Program-made: the position numbers and the translations under genes | Shown here: positions 1 to 34,389 of the stretch, piece by piece | How the letters are laid out: the number at the start of each line of letters is the position of its first letter | Numbering within the stretch: the stretch's first letter is position 1 | The notes under the pieces: model-generated | Database searches by the model: none | Told to the model about the DNA's origin: nothing | What the model saw: only the letters and a program-made list of their open reading frames with translations | Assembly: GCA_012295275.1 (NCBI GenBank) | Contig: CM022676.1 | Span: 7,068,001 to 7,132,000, forward strand | From: Chrysomallon squamiferum | Taxonomy: Eukaryota > Animalia > Mollusca | Length of the DNA stretch: 64,000 nucleotides | Direction: 5' to 3'

Positions 1-320
1 TAAAAGTCTGAAATTTTAATGAATAATAATACCAATAATAAACCCAATAATAATAAGAAGAACATCAATAATAATAATAAAATAATAATATTAATAATAA
101 ATAATGATAATAAATAATAAAAATAATAATAATATACATTAATAATAATAACAAACATTTAATAACACCAATAATAAATAAACATTAATAATAATAATAA
201 TAATTAATCATCATAATAAATTAATAATAACAATAACAACAAACGTATCTTTGACGCATTGATGCTAGCAGATGGCAAACAAACATTTCCGTACAGAGAG
301 AGAGACATAGTTTGTCTCAC

Positions 321-366
<46 letters not shown>

Positions 367-396
367 ACATACAGATGGACAGACAGAGTGCACTGA

Positions 397-11863
<11,467 letters not shown>

Positions 11864-11962
11864 CTTGCTTCTTTGTTTTTCCTCTATCGTTTCTTTTCTT
11901 TTCTTTTCTTTCTTAAAGCACCTCTGTCCCAGGGCCAAGACAACTGCCTGCTAGACCATGTT

Positions 11963-13224
11963 CTGAAAAAAAAATTCAAATTAAATTAAATTTAAAATTT
12001 TAAAATTTCATAAACAACTTCCAAAACTTATAGTAATTATTACATTTTTATTATTATGTTGAGAGTTTGTTTAATATGTTCACAAAGCAACTTATCAAAA
12101 ATTTGTTAGCTATGTTTATGTGAACATCTGCTTAGAAATGAATACTAGTTGTTCTTTATTGAAAACTTATTCTCTGAATTCACAGAAAAAAATAAAAAGT
12201 TAATCAAAAAGTGCTAATCTGGTGTCAGAATATTCTGGAACTGTGCACGGTTATGGAACATTATTTGGCCTTTTTGCATTTTAGGTAAATCTTAAAATAT
12301 TTATTCATATTTTCAGTCATTAACTTACAGCCTTTAAATCAAAGAAATTCAATACTTATTCCATCATTGTTCATTTAAAAGTTAAATTTTAAGACGAAAT
12401 GATCACCTTGGTCACTAATACTTTTTGTTGGATATTTTAGTTTGTTTTAGTTGCTATTTTTTTTCCTCTGAAAATTCCAGTTTTCTTACTTAACTAAAAC
12501 GTATCTCCACATTTTCATGGATATGTTTATTATTGCAGTTTGGTAACATATATTTATTTCTGTTTTGCTAATGTCGGTTATTAATCTGACCGGACATAAG
12601 CAAAGAAAAAAAAAAGAAAAAAAAAGAAAAAATAATGAAAGAAATTAGACAAAATGTTTACATTACTTTTCATTATGAACAACATTATCACAAACTGTTA
12701 TTGCTTACAGTATCCTAACACAACAAAACATAATACTCCCATCTACTGACATAGGTACAGAAGCAAACGCCAAGAAATTGCTTTCATTTCAAGTGCGTTA
12801 TATACCTTTGAAGAATGAGATCTATATCCTATTATGTCTTGTTGACTTCAAGCAGAAAATTCAAGGTGTAAAGATTTTAATGAATTCTCATTGGTTAATT
12901 TAATATTTAGTTGTTAAATAAATGATAGAAGTTTTAGCAAAAATATTAAACGTTTATTTAATTATTGAAGAATTCTTTGAAAAATATTACTAATGCTTAA
13001 CAGTTTTAATTTGAATCAATACCTTGTTGGAAATTATTTAATGTGAGACTGAAATATGGCGACCAAAACAAAGTAGGAAGTTGGTTGATGGCATAATGAA
13101 ATGTCAAAATAACTGTTTAATTTTGATATCAGATTATATTATTTATAAAAAAATGACTAGAAGACGACTGTTAAATATCTTGTTTGATTAATATTTCAAA
13201 ATTATAGCGAGAAAGCCACAAAAA
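11963..13224. promoter_or_regulatory. Divergent (probably bidirectional) promoter and 5'UTR region of DCAF8 and LIPE
   Basis: Start codons are 1.36 kb apart in head-to-head orientation. DCAF8 has a 5'UTR acceptor at 11963-11964 and a candidate donor at 12804-12805. ATTGG at about 12890; YY1-like ATGGCG at about 13056. Confidence 0.5.
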
Positions 13225-21764
<8,540 letters not shown>

Positions 21765-22260
21765 TAGAGATTTTAAAACTAAAATATTTTTGAAGTATTT
21801 AAAAAATGTTTTTTTTTTTTTTTTCCCCCTCTTTCTGAATTAATGATAACTGCTCTATTTTTGTAATCAATTTTTATTATTATTATTTATTAATTATTTT
21901 TAAATGGATGTAGCAGAATTAAAAAAAAAAAAACAATTAAAGAACCGAGCTAACTAGTCAAAAGTAAAAAAAGAATAAAGCAAAATTAGAATAAATATCA
22001 AAAATGTGGTATCTGGAAGGGAAGCTGAATTTACAGTATTATTTGAGTATCTGTTTCTCTCTCTTTCTGTCAGTCTCTCCACATTTTTGCTGTAACTCAG
22101 CCTACCTACCTCTCTTTGTATGTATATAATTATGTATACATATATATATATATAAGGTTGAGCTTTGTAAAAATTAAAAAGGAAACTTTATTTAAATTTT
22201 GATGGATTGTCTTTCAGTGCTCTCTAAACCACTTACATGTATTATTCATCTGTGTATATA

Positions 22261-22303
<43 letters not shown>

Positions 22304-22579
22304 GTACATCAGTAAGATATTATATAAAGATATTATTTGAAACAAATTTGAAACATTTTTAGGCAGGCCCATTGGTCTATTAAAATGACTGAGTTAATAA
22401 AAACTCCAGTATTTCAATATTTTCATTTTAGAACAATTTTTCTTGTTGTTGTTCTTATTAAGCACATAAGCATTTTGTTTAAAACAAAATTAAATAAATA
22501 TGTTTTATTTGCTCAGTCAATTTAAATTATTTTATTATCAGCATAATAATAACGTTTTATGTGTCTTTACATATCATAA

Positions 22580-22860
22580 GTATAGGGTATCACTGTTAAA
22601 TATTCAAATACTAAGATATTTGTTGTTAGATGTTTAAATACTAGGATACTGTTACAGGTTTAAATACTATAATGTTATTGTTACAAATTTAGATACTAGG
22701 ATAATACAGTTAAAATAGAAACAGATACAGATATGAATTCTAGGATATCAAAGTTTTAAATTTAAATGCTAATATATGATTGTTACAGATTTAAATAAAA
22801 CAATATAGTTACGGATTTAAAGACTAGAATTTCATAGTTTACAGATTTCAATATGAGGCC
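22580..22860. repeat. Degenerate tandem repeat of about 31 bp downstream of the LIPE stop (probable 3'UTR)
   Basis: Recurrent gttaca(g/a)atttaaatactaggat-like unit. Confidence 0.6.
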
Positions 22861-23260
22861 TTATGAAAACCAATGTTATTTGTTTTTTGTTTTTGAAACT
22901 AAATCATATAGTGTGGTACAGAATATCTGGTTGTATCAGAAACAAGATTTTTAATATCAGATTAAAATAATTTTATTTAAGTCATAGTATTTCTTAAATG
23001 TGACAGAGTGTGAAGCAATGAAATCAAATGAAAATAAAATTTTAAAATTTTAAAATAATTTAATGTCTCCCAGGTAAATTAAGGTGCTGTTTCATAAAGA
23101 TAATCAAGAGTTTTGTTCAGTTTATTTCTTTTTATATGACATCAGTGTATTTCTATTGCTGTAACAATGAAATTTTAATTATATTTAAAGTCATATATAT
23201 ATATATATATATATACATATGTGTATACTTTTCTTCTTCTACATTTTTTCTAAATATGGT

Positions 23261-23304
<44 letters not shown>

Positions 23305-26300
23305 TATATATACAGTTTTTTTTTTTTTTTTTGTTAACTATATGCTAGCTATATTTTCATAAAACAGCCTTAAAAAAAATAATTTGTGTATTTTTTCTAT
23401 TTATTTTCTGCTACCAGATTTTTTTTTTTTTCAATAATTGGTATGCATTTGTCGTCTTCAAATATTTAACCAAAGATAAAAATATATAAATTATATTTTA
23501 TTAATATTTGTTTAATATTTACCAATTTTAAACAAAATATTATTTTGGTTAGTAGCTCACATACATTGTTAAACACACCGACACATACACAAATTTAGAG
23601 TATTTTCAGTATTTGCTTTGTTTTTCATTTTCATGCAATTCTTTTATTTTCTCTTGTTTATTTGATTTTTATGAGAATTCAGACATTTAAATGTTGTGTG
23701 GGCTTTTTCTGTCATTTTGTGTTTATACAAATATTTTTATAAAATATTAAATTCTATCCAATTTTCTGTAATGAACATTCCCATCTTTTGTTTGTCAATT
23801 ATAAAATTAATATTTTAAAAAATTAACCATATTAACTATGTGTTTAGATTTTTGTTCTTATTTAATCCCAGCTTTTAAATGTTTTATGTTAATTAGTGCC
23901 ATATCTCTCTAATCTGAAGAAAAGGAGGGATCCATTTAAAAAAAAAAGGGTTGATGGAAGAAAGTAGAAAAAACTTATAGGTGCTATTTTCTGTACCACT
24001 TTATTTGGTTCGGAAACTGTAGTGCAATACTGCTATTGAAAATGTTTGTTACGTCTGATAATATTTTTCCATGTGATCTTTTATATATATATATAAATAA
24101 CAGTAATTTATAATATATTGGAAATCACAATTTAATTAAGTAAATAATTGTTAGGAAATAACAAAAATTTGGTAAACATTACAATAAATAAACAAATAAA
24201 GTCAAAGTAATAATAATAATAATAATAATAATAATGATGATAATTTCAAATAATGACTAATATCATAAACCATTAATATATTTTATTTTATTTAACTACT
24301 CTAATGATTTGATATTTGGATCTCGTAACTTAGTGCTCAACAATATGCAAGGGTAACTAGTGATATTTGTATGTTTTTGGGGGTAATTATGGTAACAAAG
24401 AGACATGATCTCTGAATTCATAAAACATAATATTTTTTTTATTTTTTATTTTCGTTTAAATTAATATATTGTTACAGTAATTGACTTTAGCTTGGAATCA
24501 AATATATCCATAAATTATTTAGAATGCAGCATTTGTGTATTTTTCTAAATATTTAGATTTTATTGTCAGTTCATGCCTACCTCAGACTTTCAGTTGTCAC
24601 TGCTGAATTGTCATAGGGTCAATTCTTTGTAATCCACTTCGTTGTGCTTTTCCCAATCCACCCATAACCAGCTGCCTTAACATCAGCAACCTAGCAAAAC
24701 TTGAGTGTATTCTATATAACTACTTACATTTAGTTTTGTAATTTAATGATTAAAATCAAACGTATTGTTACTTTCTATACCACTAGTTATGTTTTTCATT
24801 TTGTATTTTTATTACTGAATTTCACAATACATTTTTTTTTTTTCAGTATAAGTAACTTTATATTTAATTTTGTAAGTTTATTATGTGAATTAATGGCATC
24901 TTTTTTCTTTCTATACTATAATTTTTATTTCTAATTATTTAATCTTATTATGGAAGAGGTGGTATGTCTTTCCATTCAGGGCCAGGAATAATGTTTAATT
25001 ATACAAGTTTATTATTGGAATTAATGGCATCTTTTTTCTTTCTGTACTTCTAATTATATATTTAATTCTTTAATTTTATTGTTGGAATGAACGATATATA
25101 TTTTCTTTCAGGATTGGTAATTACTTTTGATCTTGTAAGTTTCTTATTGAAATATAATTGGTTTTTTCTTCTTTCAACAAACACTAATTATATTTTATTA
25201 AATTATATAATTTTATTATGGGAAAAGATGGTATCAGCAATTATGTTTGAATATGTATGTTTATTATTGGAATCAATGATGTGTTTTCTTTCTGTACTGC
25301 TAATTTTGTTTTTACTTACAACTAAGAATTTTTTTTAAATTGATTTTGAACTGGTTTGATAAAATAGTGTGATTTAAAATAATATATAAGTATTATACAG
25401 CAGTTTATTAACAAGAATTTAAAAAAGAATAATAATAAAATGAAAATAGAAAAAAAGAAAGATTTTGAACTCACATGACAACGTAGTCTGATTTCTTTTT
25501 TTTTAAATTTGAGTAATATACAACAGTATATTAACAAGAATTTAAAAAAAAAAAAAAATATATTAATACAAAAAGATAAATTAACAAATAAAAATAAAAG
25601 ATTTATCTTGACACCATGTTCAGAACAAAAATTAGAATATCACTGAGGACCACACACTAATAACTTATGTTACATTCAGAACAAAAATTATAATGCTGCT
25701 TGGGATCAGTAGATTGTGATATCAGTATTAGTAACAAGAACTGTTAAATAAAAAAATTGCCGTTACTTTCATTTTGTTTATTTCAAATGCATCTGCAGAT
25801 TGCCAAATCATCGATATTAACAAAATGTAAAACTGCCTGTTTCATTTTGGTTGTGAGGGTTTGCTTATTTGAAATATGTTGTAAAACTTACTCATGTATT
25901 AATATCCATACCAATAATTGTTTGGTTTTGTAATTTTCTTACTGAAATTTATATCGTAGAGTGCTTTTTGCAAATAGTGTTTGTATAAGTAAAAATAATT
26001 ATGTACTTGTGTAATAAGGTTCTCCTTTTGTCAAAACAAACATCGATTTAACCAAACAGTCGTTTTCTTATTATTTGTAAAGCTATGTTATGTGCATCTA
26101 TATTTATATTATTATATTTGTTATACATGTAAGTTCAGTTTCTGTTCATATTTTGAAAAAATATATATATATGACTATTATTTCTTTGTATAATCAATAA
26201 CAGGTCTGTAAATTATTTTATTAACTATAAATATATTTATGTATTTATAAATCTTTCTTGTTTATAATTTTTATGGTGTACTTCTCATTTATTCACTTGT

Positions 26301-27126
26301 TTTTCTTTTCAGTGTTATTTTTGCAGCTAAATACTGAAGTAAATATTTTGCAATATATTTAATTTAAAAAAAAGAGCAAAAATATACTAATTAATTTTGA
26401 AAATAAATAAAATATCTGTTATAAAGTGTTTTGTCTTCATGTTTTTATGTGAAACATTCTTTATTTAATCTATGTCCATTTCATTTTGAAGACAAATATT
26501 TTGTCATAAATGGTTTTCACACTTTCTTTATTTATTTATTTTATTTTTTATTCTTTTTTAAATTGTTTTTTTACATGTACAACTAACAAAAAAGCTTTCT
26601 TAGTATTTTGTTTTATTATTATTATTTTTATACAGATATATTGATAGCAACAGTACAATTCATTAATTCAACAGCCAACCATTTGCCATCTCAAGGTAAA
26701 TTTTCTTTTATTTAACAGAACAAACATTAAATAATAATAACTGATATTCTGTCATCAGCTATTGAAATCAATCTATTGATAATAATACTCTCAAATGAAA
26801 TTTACTTGAGCTTTGCACTGGAAACAGAGAATCCGTTAATTGCTTCTTTCCATGGACAGGGCTGTACTAACCATAGCTTTTGATACATCAGTCACAGATC
26901 ACTATTATTATTATTATTATTATAGTCGTTGTTGTTGATCTTATTTAAATTCATTTTCATTGCACAATTTGAATTTAAAATCCAGATGAAAAATATTATT
27001 TTATTTTATTTTATTTTATTTATTTTATTATTATTATTGTTGGTCTTGTTTTTTTTATAAAATTTATTTATTATCATTGCATGCCTTGAATTTAAAATAA
27101 ATATAGATGAAAAATGTTATATTATT

Positions 27127-27161
<35 letters not shown>

Positions 27162-27597
27162 TTATTACTGTTATTAATTTTTTTTTTTGTTTTTTTTTGC
27201 CTTAAATCCAAAACAGATTAAAAATGCTTTTCTGACTGAAGATAAGACCATGGTGTATAGAATTCATTATTTTAATTATTTGCTGCCTTTCATGGACAAG
27301 CAAAAATTACTTTTATCAATCAGAAATGAAACTAATCTGATTTTATTCTGTGTTTTATTTTTTGGTGGGGAGTGGGAGGTGAAGCAAAAGATGATAATAA
27401 CATCAACATACTGCATCCAGCAATCATTTCTTCAGTGCAGTGTTCTCTCACATCAAATTAAATTCAATCAATATCTGCCATCTTGTATTGACTAACACCC
27501 CAACATTAACCTTCAAGCTTTTTCAATTTTTCTAAATCTTCTGCCACTTTAATCAGACCTCTGACCATACATTTTTGACGTCTGCCATTTTGCATTG

Positions 27598-29302
27598 TCA
27601 CGGCAACAGTCGGTTGTATTCGGCCAATAGCTGAGACTTTCTCACAACGTCCCACATTCTTGCTGCATAATGGAACCAGTTTTTCTCAGATAACTGGGTG
27701 TGGGTGATGAGGCAGCGAGGCATAGCAAGAATCTGATTTCTCAGAGATTTCAGAAGACTGGTGAAACTAGGACAGCCTCGGTATTCAGGTAGAAAACTTA
27801 GAATTGTGTCTGGAAAATAAAAATTTATAATAATTTATAAAGAAAAATCTAATGAAAGAAAAAATTTAGATAATAGTATATTATTTAAAATATGAAAAGA
27901 CAATAAAATAAGTATAAAAATAAAATGAAATGAAATGATATAAAATAAAAAAATAAAATGAAAAAATAAAATGTAAAAAAAGGAAATTCAAATTTATATT
28001 TGTCATCTATTTTCATATTATGTTTAGCAAATGCCTTTTTTATATACATGTATTCTTTAAATATGTTTTAGTTACATTTATTTTATTATTACTTTTTGTT
28101 TTCTTTCAAAAATGAAAATTATAAAATAAGATAATATAAAACTGAAGTGATATAAATTTAATTTTGTCATCCTTTTAAATCTGTAATAAAAAATTCATTA
28201 ATATGCTTTTTCATTTGGAAAGTTTTGTTACAATAGTTTTTACCATTGTAATAATGAAATATTATTAAAAAATATTCTTCTTTTTTTATTATAATTATTA
28301 TCGATACATTATTGAACAAATCAAATGATAAAAGTCTATGAATATTAATTTCTATTTAAAAAAAATGTTGGTATGTGTGTTTTTAATCAAATTTTAATAT
28401 AGGGGAATTGCTATGATTAGATCCCACTAACCTTGGTCTGTCTTGTAATATTCCATGGTAGGTAGACAAAATAGATTAACATCTGAATTAACCATCGCTG
28501 GAGTGAGACCTGGAATCAGTGAACCATGACCAAGTGAAACTGAACCTAAAAATAAATAAATACAGTAGTAATGATGATGATTATGATAATAATGAAAATA
28601 ACTGTCATGATCATTGTAATGACAATGATTTTAGTAATATTAGTGATAATAAAATTTAAAATAACGATAATAATAATAATAAATAAAATAAATAAACAAA
28701 AATTGTGTACATTATGTATATTGTCCTTTATATTTAAATCTAAATGATGCAAAAATGCTTGTTCAAAAGTAGTAATAATGATAATACCAATAAATAAATA
28801 AATAATATTATATATAAAAATTACAGCAATTTTAATTCAACCCTGCTTTTCCATCCCCTCATGCCATCCCTAATTTGATAAAAAGTATGAACTGACCTCT
28901 GTGTTTTAACTTTGATGAAGCAAAGACTTGTTGGAGAGTTTGTGACATCGTCCTGTACGTTTCAATACTGAAAGATTCCCTTCCAGCCTTGTTCTGTATA
29001 AACACTGATTAAAAAGTGACAAATAAAGTAAATAATGTAATGTAATAAAACAGTTCAATGCAGTGCATTACAATACAATGCAATACAACACAATACAGTA
29101 CAGTACAATACAATGCAATACAATATATGAAATAAAATAATATAATATAATATAAAATAATATAATATAATATAATATTATTCATATGATGTAATTAAAA
29201 GCTGAATAAGCAAATAAATAATTAACAAAAAGGAAAATATTCTTAAATCACGTTTAAACAGAAATTTTTCTTTTTTTAAAGAATAAGTATTCTTTCCTAT
29301 AA

Positions 29303-29349
<47 letters not shown>

Positions 29350-29354
29350 ACAAA

Positions 29355-29389
<35 letters not shown>

Positions 29390-30937
29390 GTAAGTAAATA
29401 AGTAACACCACTACATATAAATTCAAACTGCCTGTTTGTCAAAACTTGACTATTCTGTGTGAAGAGTGAAAAACGGCCAACTCCAAAAAAAAAGATTTAT
29501 TATATTTTTAACCACTGAAACACAGCTACAGGGTGGTAAAGCTACTCACCAATCTGAGGAAAGTAATCTGGAGTCTCATCCTGACATCCAGATCCATCAT
29601 GATTGGAAGATGGAGTTGATGGCTTCAACATCTCAGCATTGAGAATAAATCTGTAAAAATCACATTTATATAAAAAAAATATTTATTGTTTGTTTTATTT
29701 TAATTTTATATTTTGTTAAAGTGCCTTTAATATTATTTTTATTATTTATTATTATTTTATTATTATTACTTATTACTTGTTGTTATTATTATAACTAGTA
29801 TTATTATTTATTATTGTTATTAAGTAGTAGTAGTAATACTATTACTATATTTGTTATTATTAATTGTCATTATTATTAATAGTATTAATAGAGTAGTAGT
29901 AATAGTTCATAGCACGTACCATGTCATTTGATATCCCAGGAAATACCCAACAGGGCATAATAATACTATAATATGAAATATCGCAAACAGAAATTCTGGT
30001 GGACCGATTCTGGAACCTATCTCTCCTCAGATAAACATTCTACTACTGAGATATATAATACAAGTATTAAATGTAAAATATTTCAAAGTTTCAAACCTTA
30101 AAAAGTTGAGATCTGTAAACCAGTCCTCTGTGACCAGTATCACATTACACACTGTCATCAGAAATGTGGCTAGCTGCAGTGACTGAAATAAATAAATAAA
30201 TAAATAAAATAAAATAAAATAAATGATGATGATGTTAATGATAATGATAATGATAATAAAATAATAATAATAATAAGAAGAAGAAGACGACGAACAACAA
30301 CAACAACAACAACAATAATAAACAGCATACAATGATGACTTTATGACAATAATTATAATGATGATTTGTAACTAAAATCAACAAGAATTAATTTTTTTTA
30401 AATTAACAAAATATTTCACCAAATGGAGATGATGACACTGGTCTTTAATAACATTAGATAGATAATTTAGGTATATAGTATCAGCTTCTTATATATATAT
30501 ATATATATATATATATGTTCCCTGGTGCTAATAAAAAAAAGAGTAGTTTCCAAAGTGCTAGTACTGGATTTCAACTTTCAAACTAATCTTGCAAACTATA
30601 AAATATATAGTGTAATTAAAGAATATATATTTATTTTCATAATCTACCTGCATTTCTATACAGTTTTCGACAGAGGTGTAATCAGTTGGGTATTTCTTGT
30701 CATTGCGAATCATGTCATCCATCACAGAAGCTGACATCACTGGCTGAAGAAAAAAAATCAAAATAAAATACATTTTCAAAATACAGGGTATTTTGTAAAT
30801 AACTGGGAAGGATATGTTTTAGATATTTCCACTAGAACAAGACCATTTTATATTATTTTTCCATAGAATGAATATTGAAACTGGTATTTTTCAAGGGACT
30901 ACATAAATACTACTACTACTACTAATAATAATAATAA

Positions 30938-30969
<32 letters not shown>

Positions 30970-33174
30970 ATAATAATATTTTAAAATAAATAAATTATAG
31001 AACATAATTATTCAACATTTTTATTTATTAAACATTTATTTATTTTATTTCTTTCTAAATTATAACTGTGTTAAAATATTAACAAACTGAAAAAAATATT
31101 TTTATGTAAACCTGCGTATCAAGGTAGATAATTCTTTCAGCCGTGACAAACATGTCAATTCCATTTGTTTCATGTCCTGCATTTTCTCTTACTTCTTTCA
31201 CTTGAGGTTTGAACACATAGTTACTGCAGGAAAAAAAAACAATTAAAAAACCCACAAATTTAGTAGTAAAAGTTAACTTTAGAAGTAAAAGGAGTAGTTG
31301 AGTAGAAATACAAATAGTTGTGTAGGAATGAGGTGGTAGAAGTATGGTTTATTAATAATAATAATAATATTATTAATAATAATAATAATAATAATAATGT
31401 AGTTACTATTGTAGTAATAATAATACTTCAGTCACTATCCTTATTATTACAGTAATGGTAAAACACTACTTTTTTATTATTGTAATAGTAACAGAAAGTT
31501 ATAATTTTTATTATAACGGTGGTAATAATATAGTGACTATTTTTATTTTAATAGTAATACTTCATCATTATTGTTATTTTTTAAAAATAGTGGTGTCAAT
31601 ATGTTTCTTATTATAATAGCAATAGTACAGTCACTGTTTTCATTATAATAGTACAGTCACTATTTTTAATATAATCGTATAGTCACTGTTTTTGTTACTG
31701 TAATAGAATAGTCACTATTTTTATTATTATAATAGTAATGGCATTCTCACTATTTTTATTATTATGATAGTATAGTCACAATTTTTATTATTAAAATAGT
31801 ACAGCCACTGTTTTTTGTTGTTGTCTGTAATTAATAAATTTTACTTACCGGTATGAATCTTGTGGTGATGTACCAGCCAGAAGAGACAAAATGGTGGACT
31901 TCCCACTGCCCTGGGGTCCAAGGACTCCCACCACCAAGAAATCAGTCTGGTCCAGTAGCATCTATTAAATTAATCTACAAACATTTAATCTGGTTCAAGC
32001 ATGCATTGTCAGGGCATGGAGTCCATAATACACACTTAAAGAGCCAAAGTTTTATTAAAGAATATGTGGAACTAAAGCATTAATAAAAATATATATTTAA
32101 AAAAAAATTTAAAAAAAAAAACAACAACAAAAAAACATGTCAGGTTAAGTTACTGATTATCTGTTCAAGTATAATAACTTTTTAAAAAAAACTTAATTAA
32201 ATAAAGTAATTATGGATTAATAACCTCTGTTTTAAGACAGACAACAAATAAAAACTGAGTATTTTTTGGAAATTATGGTAGATCAATAAAAAAATAGAAT
32301 GTAAGATTTTGATCAAGTGGAAAAAAAAGATGAAAAATAATACAAAATTTAATTTCTTAAAGGAAATAATACTTCAAACTGGAATAACTTTAATGAAGAA
32401 AGAAAAAATACCACATTTTAATCAATATTGTATTAGAAAAAAAAAAAAAAAATTCTGCCTTGAAAATTAATAACTCGCTCGAGCTAAAGATCAGTTTTAA
32501 TTAAAAATGATAAATTTAGTAACAGTCAAAAATGAAACAAAATATAATTGATAACAGTGAGTTTAATAAGAGCCAAAAACAAAACAAAATAAAAATTAGA
32601 AAATTATCAGAAAAAGTAATAAAATAAACAAATTAATTACATCAATCCCAGTATCACACCAACGGAATGTCTCATCTATCAGGTTTACAATTCTCTTCAT
32701 TTCATGAGGTGGGGCTAGTCTGTTCTGCTGACTGGCTAAAAAATGTAAAAGAAATGTGTCAGTTAAATAAGATTACCATGGCAACCTGATTTTCATTGGT
32801 TGAAATAAATTTAAGTAAAGTATTTTTATATTTTAACTGTGTGAATGCTGCTTGTGTTAGTACAGGTATATTTATAACAACAAACAAATAAATACTATTA
32901 TATTTATATTTAATTAATTATACTTAAGCCTTTATATATTTACATGTACACACTTATAAACAAATGATTAAAACACATCCAATGGATCTCAACATATCGA
33001 CATGCCTACTTACATACATACTGAATATACATACATTCATATATATGTCTGTGTGTATGTGTACATATACAGATACATACACACACATATATAAAAGCCT
33101 TGAAATACACAACCATATACCCATATCAGACAAAAACACATATATATAATACAAACATGTACATATGCATATGA

Positions 33175-33211
<37 letters not shown>

Positions 33212-34290
33212 TATATACATACATAGTTTAACAATACACTATATAAAAAAATCAATGATACTTACAATCAAATGAAAGATGTCCAAATGATGCATGACGC
33301 TGTATGTATGACTGTTGTGATGATGATGATGATGTTTCCCCAGGTGTGGGTAGCAATGCTGGTGTTGCTGATGTTGCTGAAGGTGATGAACGACTGTCAT
33401 CGCGTGAACGCAGTACAACAATTTGCTTTTCTGGGACTTTTTGAACCAACGATGGTGATGATGTGGCTGATGGGACTACACTTGCAGCAGGACTCTAAAA
33501 CAGCATTTTAAAACTTTAATCAAAATTATAAAAATGTTTATATTTCTATCTGTTCTAATTGCCAAATGATTGTTATGTGATATAATACCAAAAAAATTCT
33601 GTCATCTACTTATAACAGAATTTTGGGGAACTGCATGACCATTTTCATTAGTCGAGTACAATGATGGATTATATTTTTACCATAGTTCAGAAGACTGCTT
33701 TAGATATCAACAATATGTCTAGTTATAACAGAATCTATGATGTATTGTATCATCAGGATATCATCTACTTCTATCATAGTTCAAAGTTTTGTTTAAGAAT
33801 TCGTAATACATCTAGTTATAACTTAATCTGTGATGTATTGCATCACATTATCAATGCCTAAGTATTATCTACTTCAAAATTTTGTTTTAGAAGTCATAAT
33901 ACATCCAGCTGTAACAGAATCTCTGATTTATTTCATCAGTCCAATACAATGTCTGACTATTTTTACTGCAGTTCAAAATTTTTCCCATTGCATGGTAAAA
34001 CTTGTTTAATATTAAAGAGGTTAAAGATATTTATATATTTATAAATAATTGTCTAGAATATATTAAATATTTAATTAAATATGTGAATATTACCTGGTCA
34101 GCTGGTTTTACTAGACCCAGAATGACAGGTCTTGGTGGGGTGGGGGAGGGGTCATTGTCTCTTTCTCTTTCCTGTGAATTATAATGTAATACTAATTCAT
34201 GTATATGATAATCAAACAAATAATAATAATAATAATAATAATACCACCACCACCAAACACAACAGTAAATAAATAAATAAATAATACTAA

Positions 34291-34331
<41 letters not shown>

Positions 34332-34344
34332 GTAATATTTATTA

Positions 34345-34389
<45 letters not shown>

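Noticed and set aside
11864-11938. N-terminal extension of DCAF8 shown in the ORF track (MALGQR...)
   Set aside because: It starts at TTG; the first in-frame ATG in good context (AAGATGG) is at 11863.
24576-24689. Exon-like minus-strand segment (ttttgctag|...GAG|gtaggc)
   Set aside because: It has stops in all three frames and lies beyond the likely SMG9 polyA site, within the probable LIPE 3'UTR; no partner exons were found.
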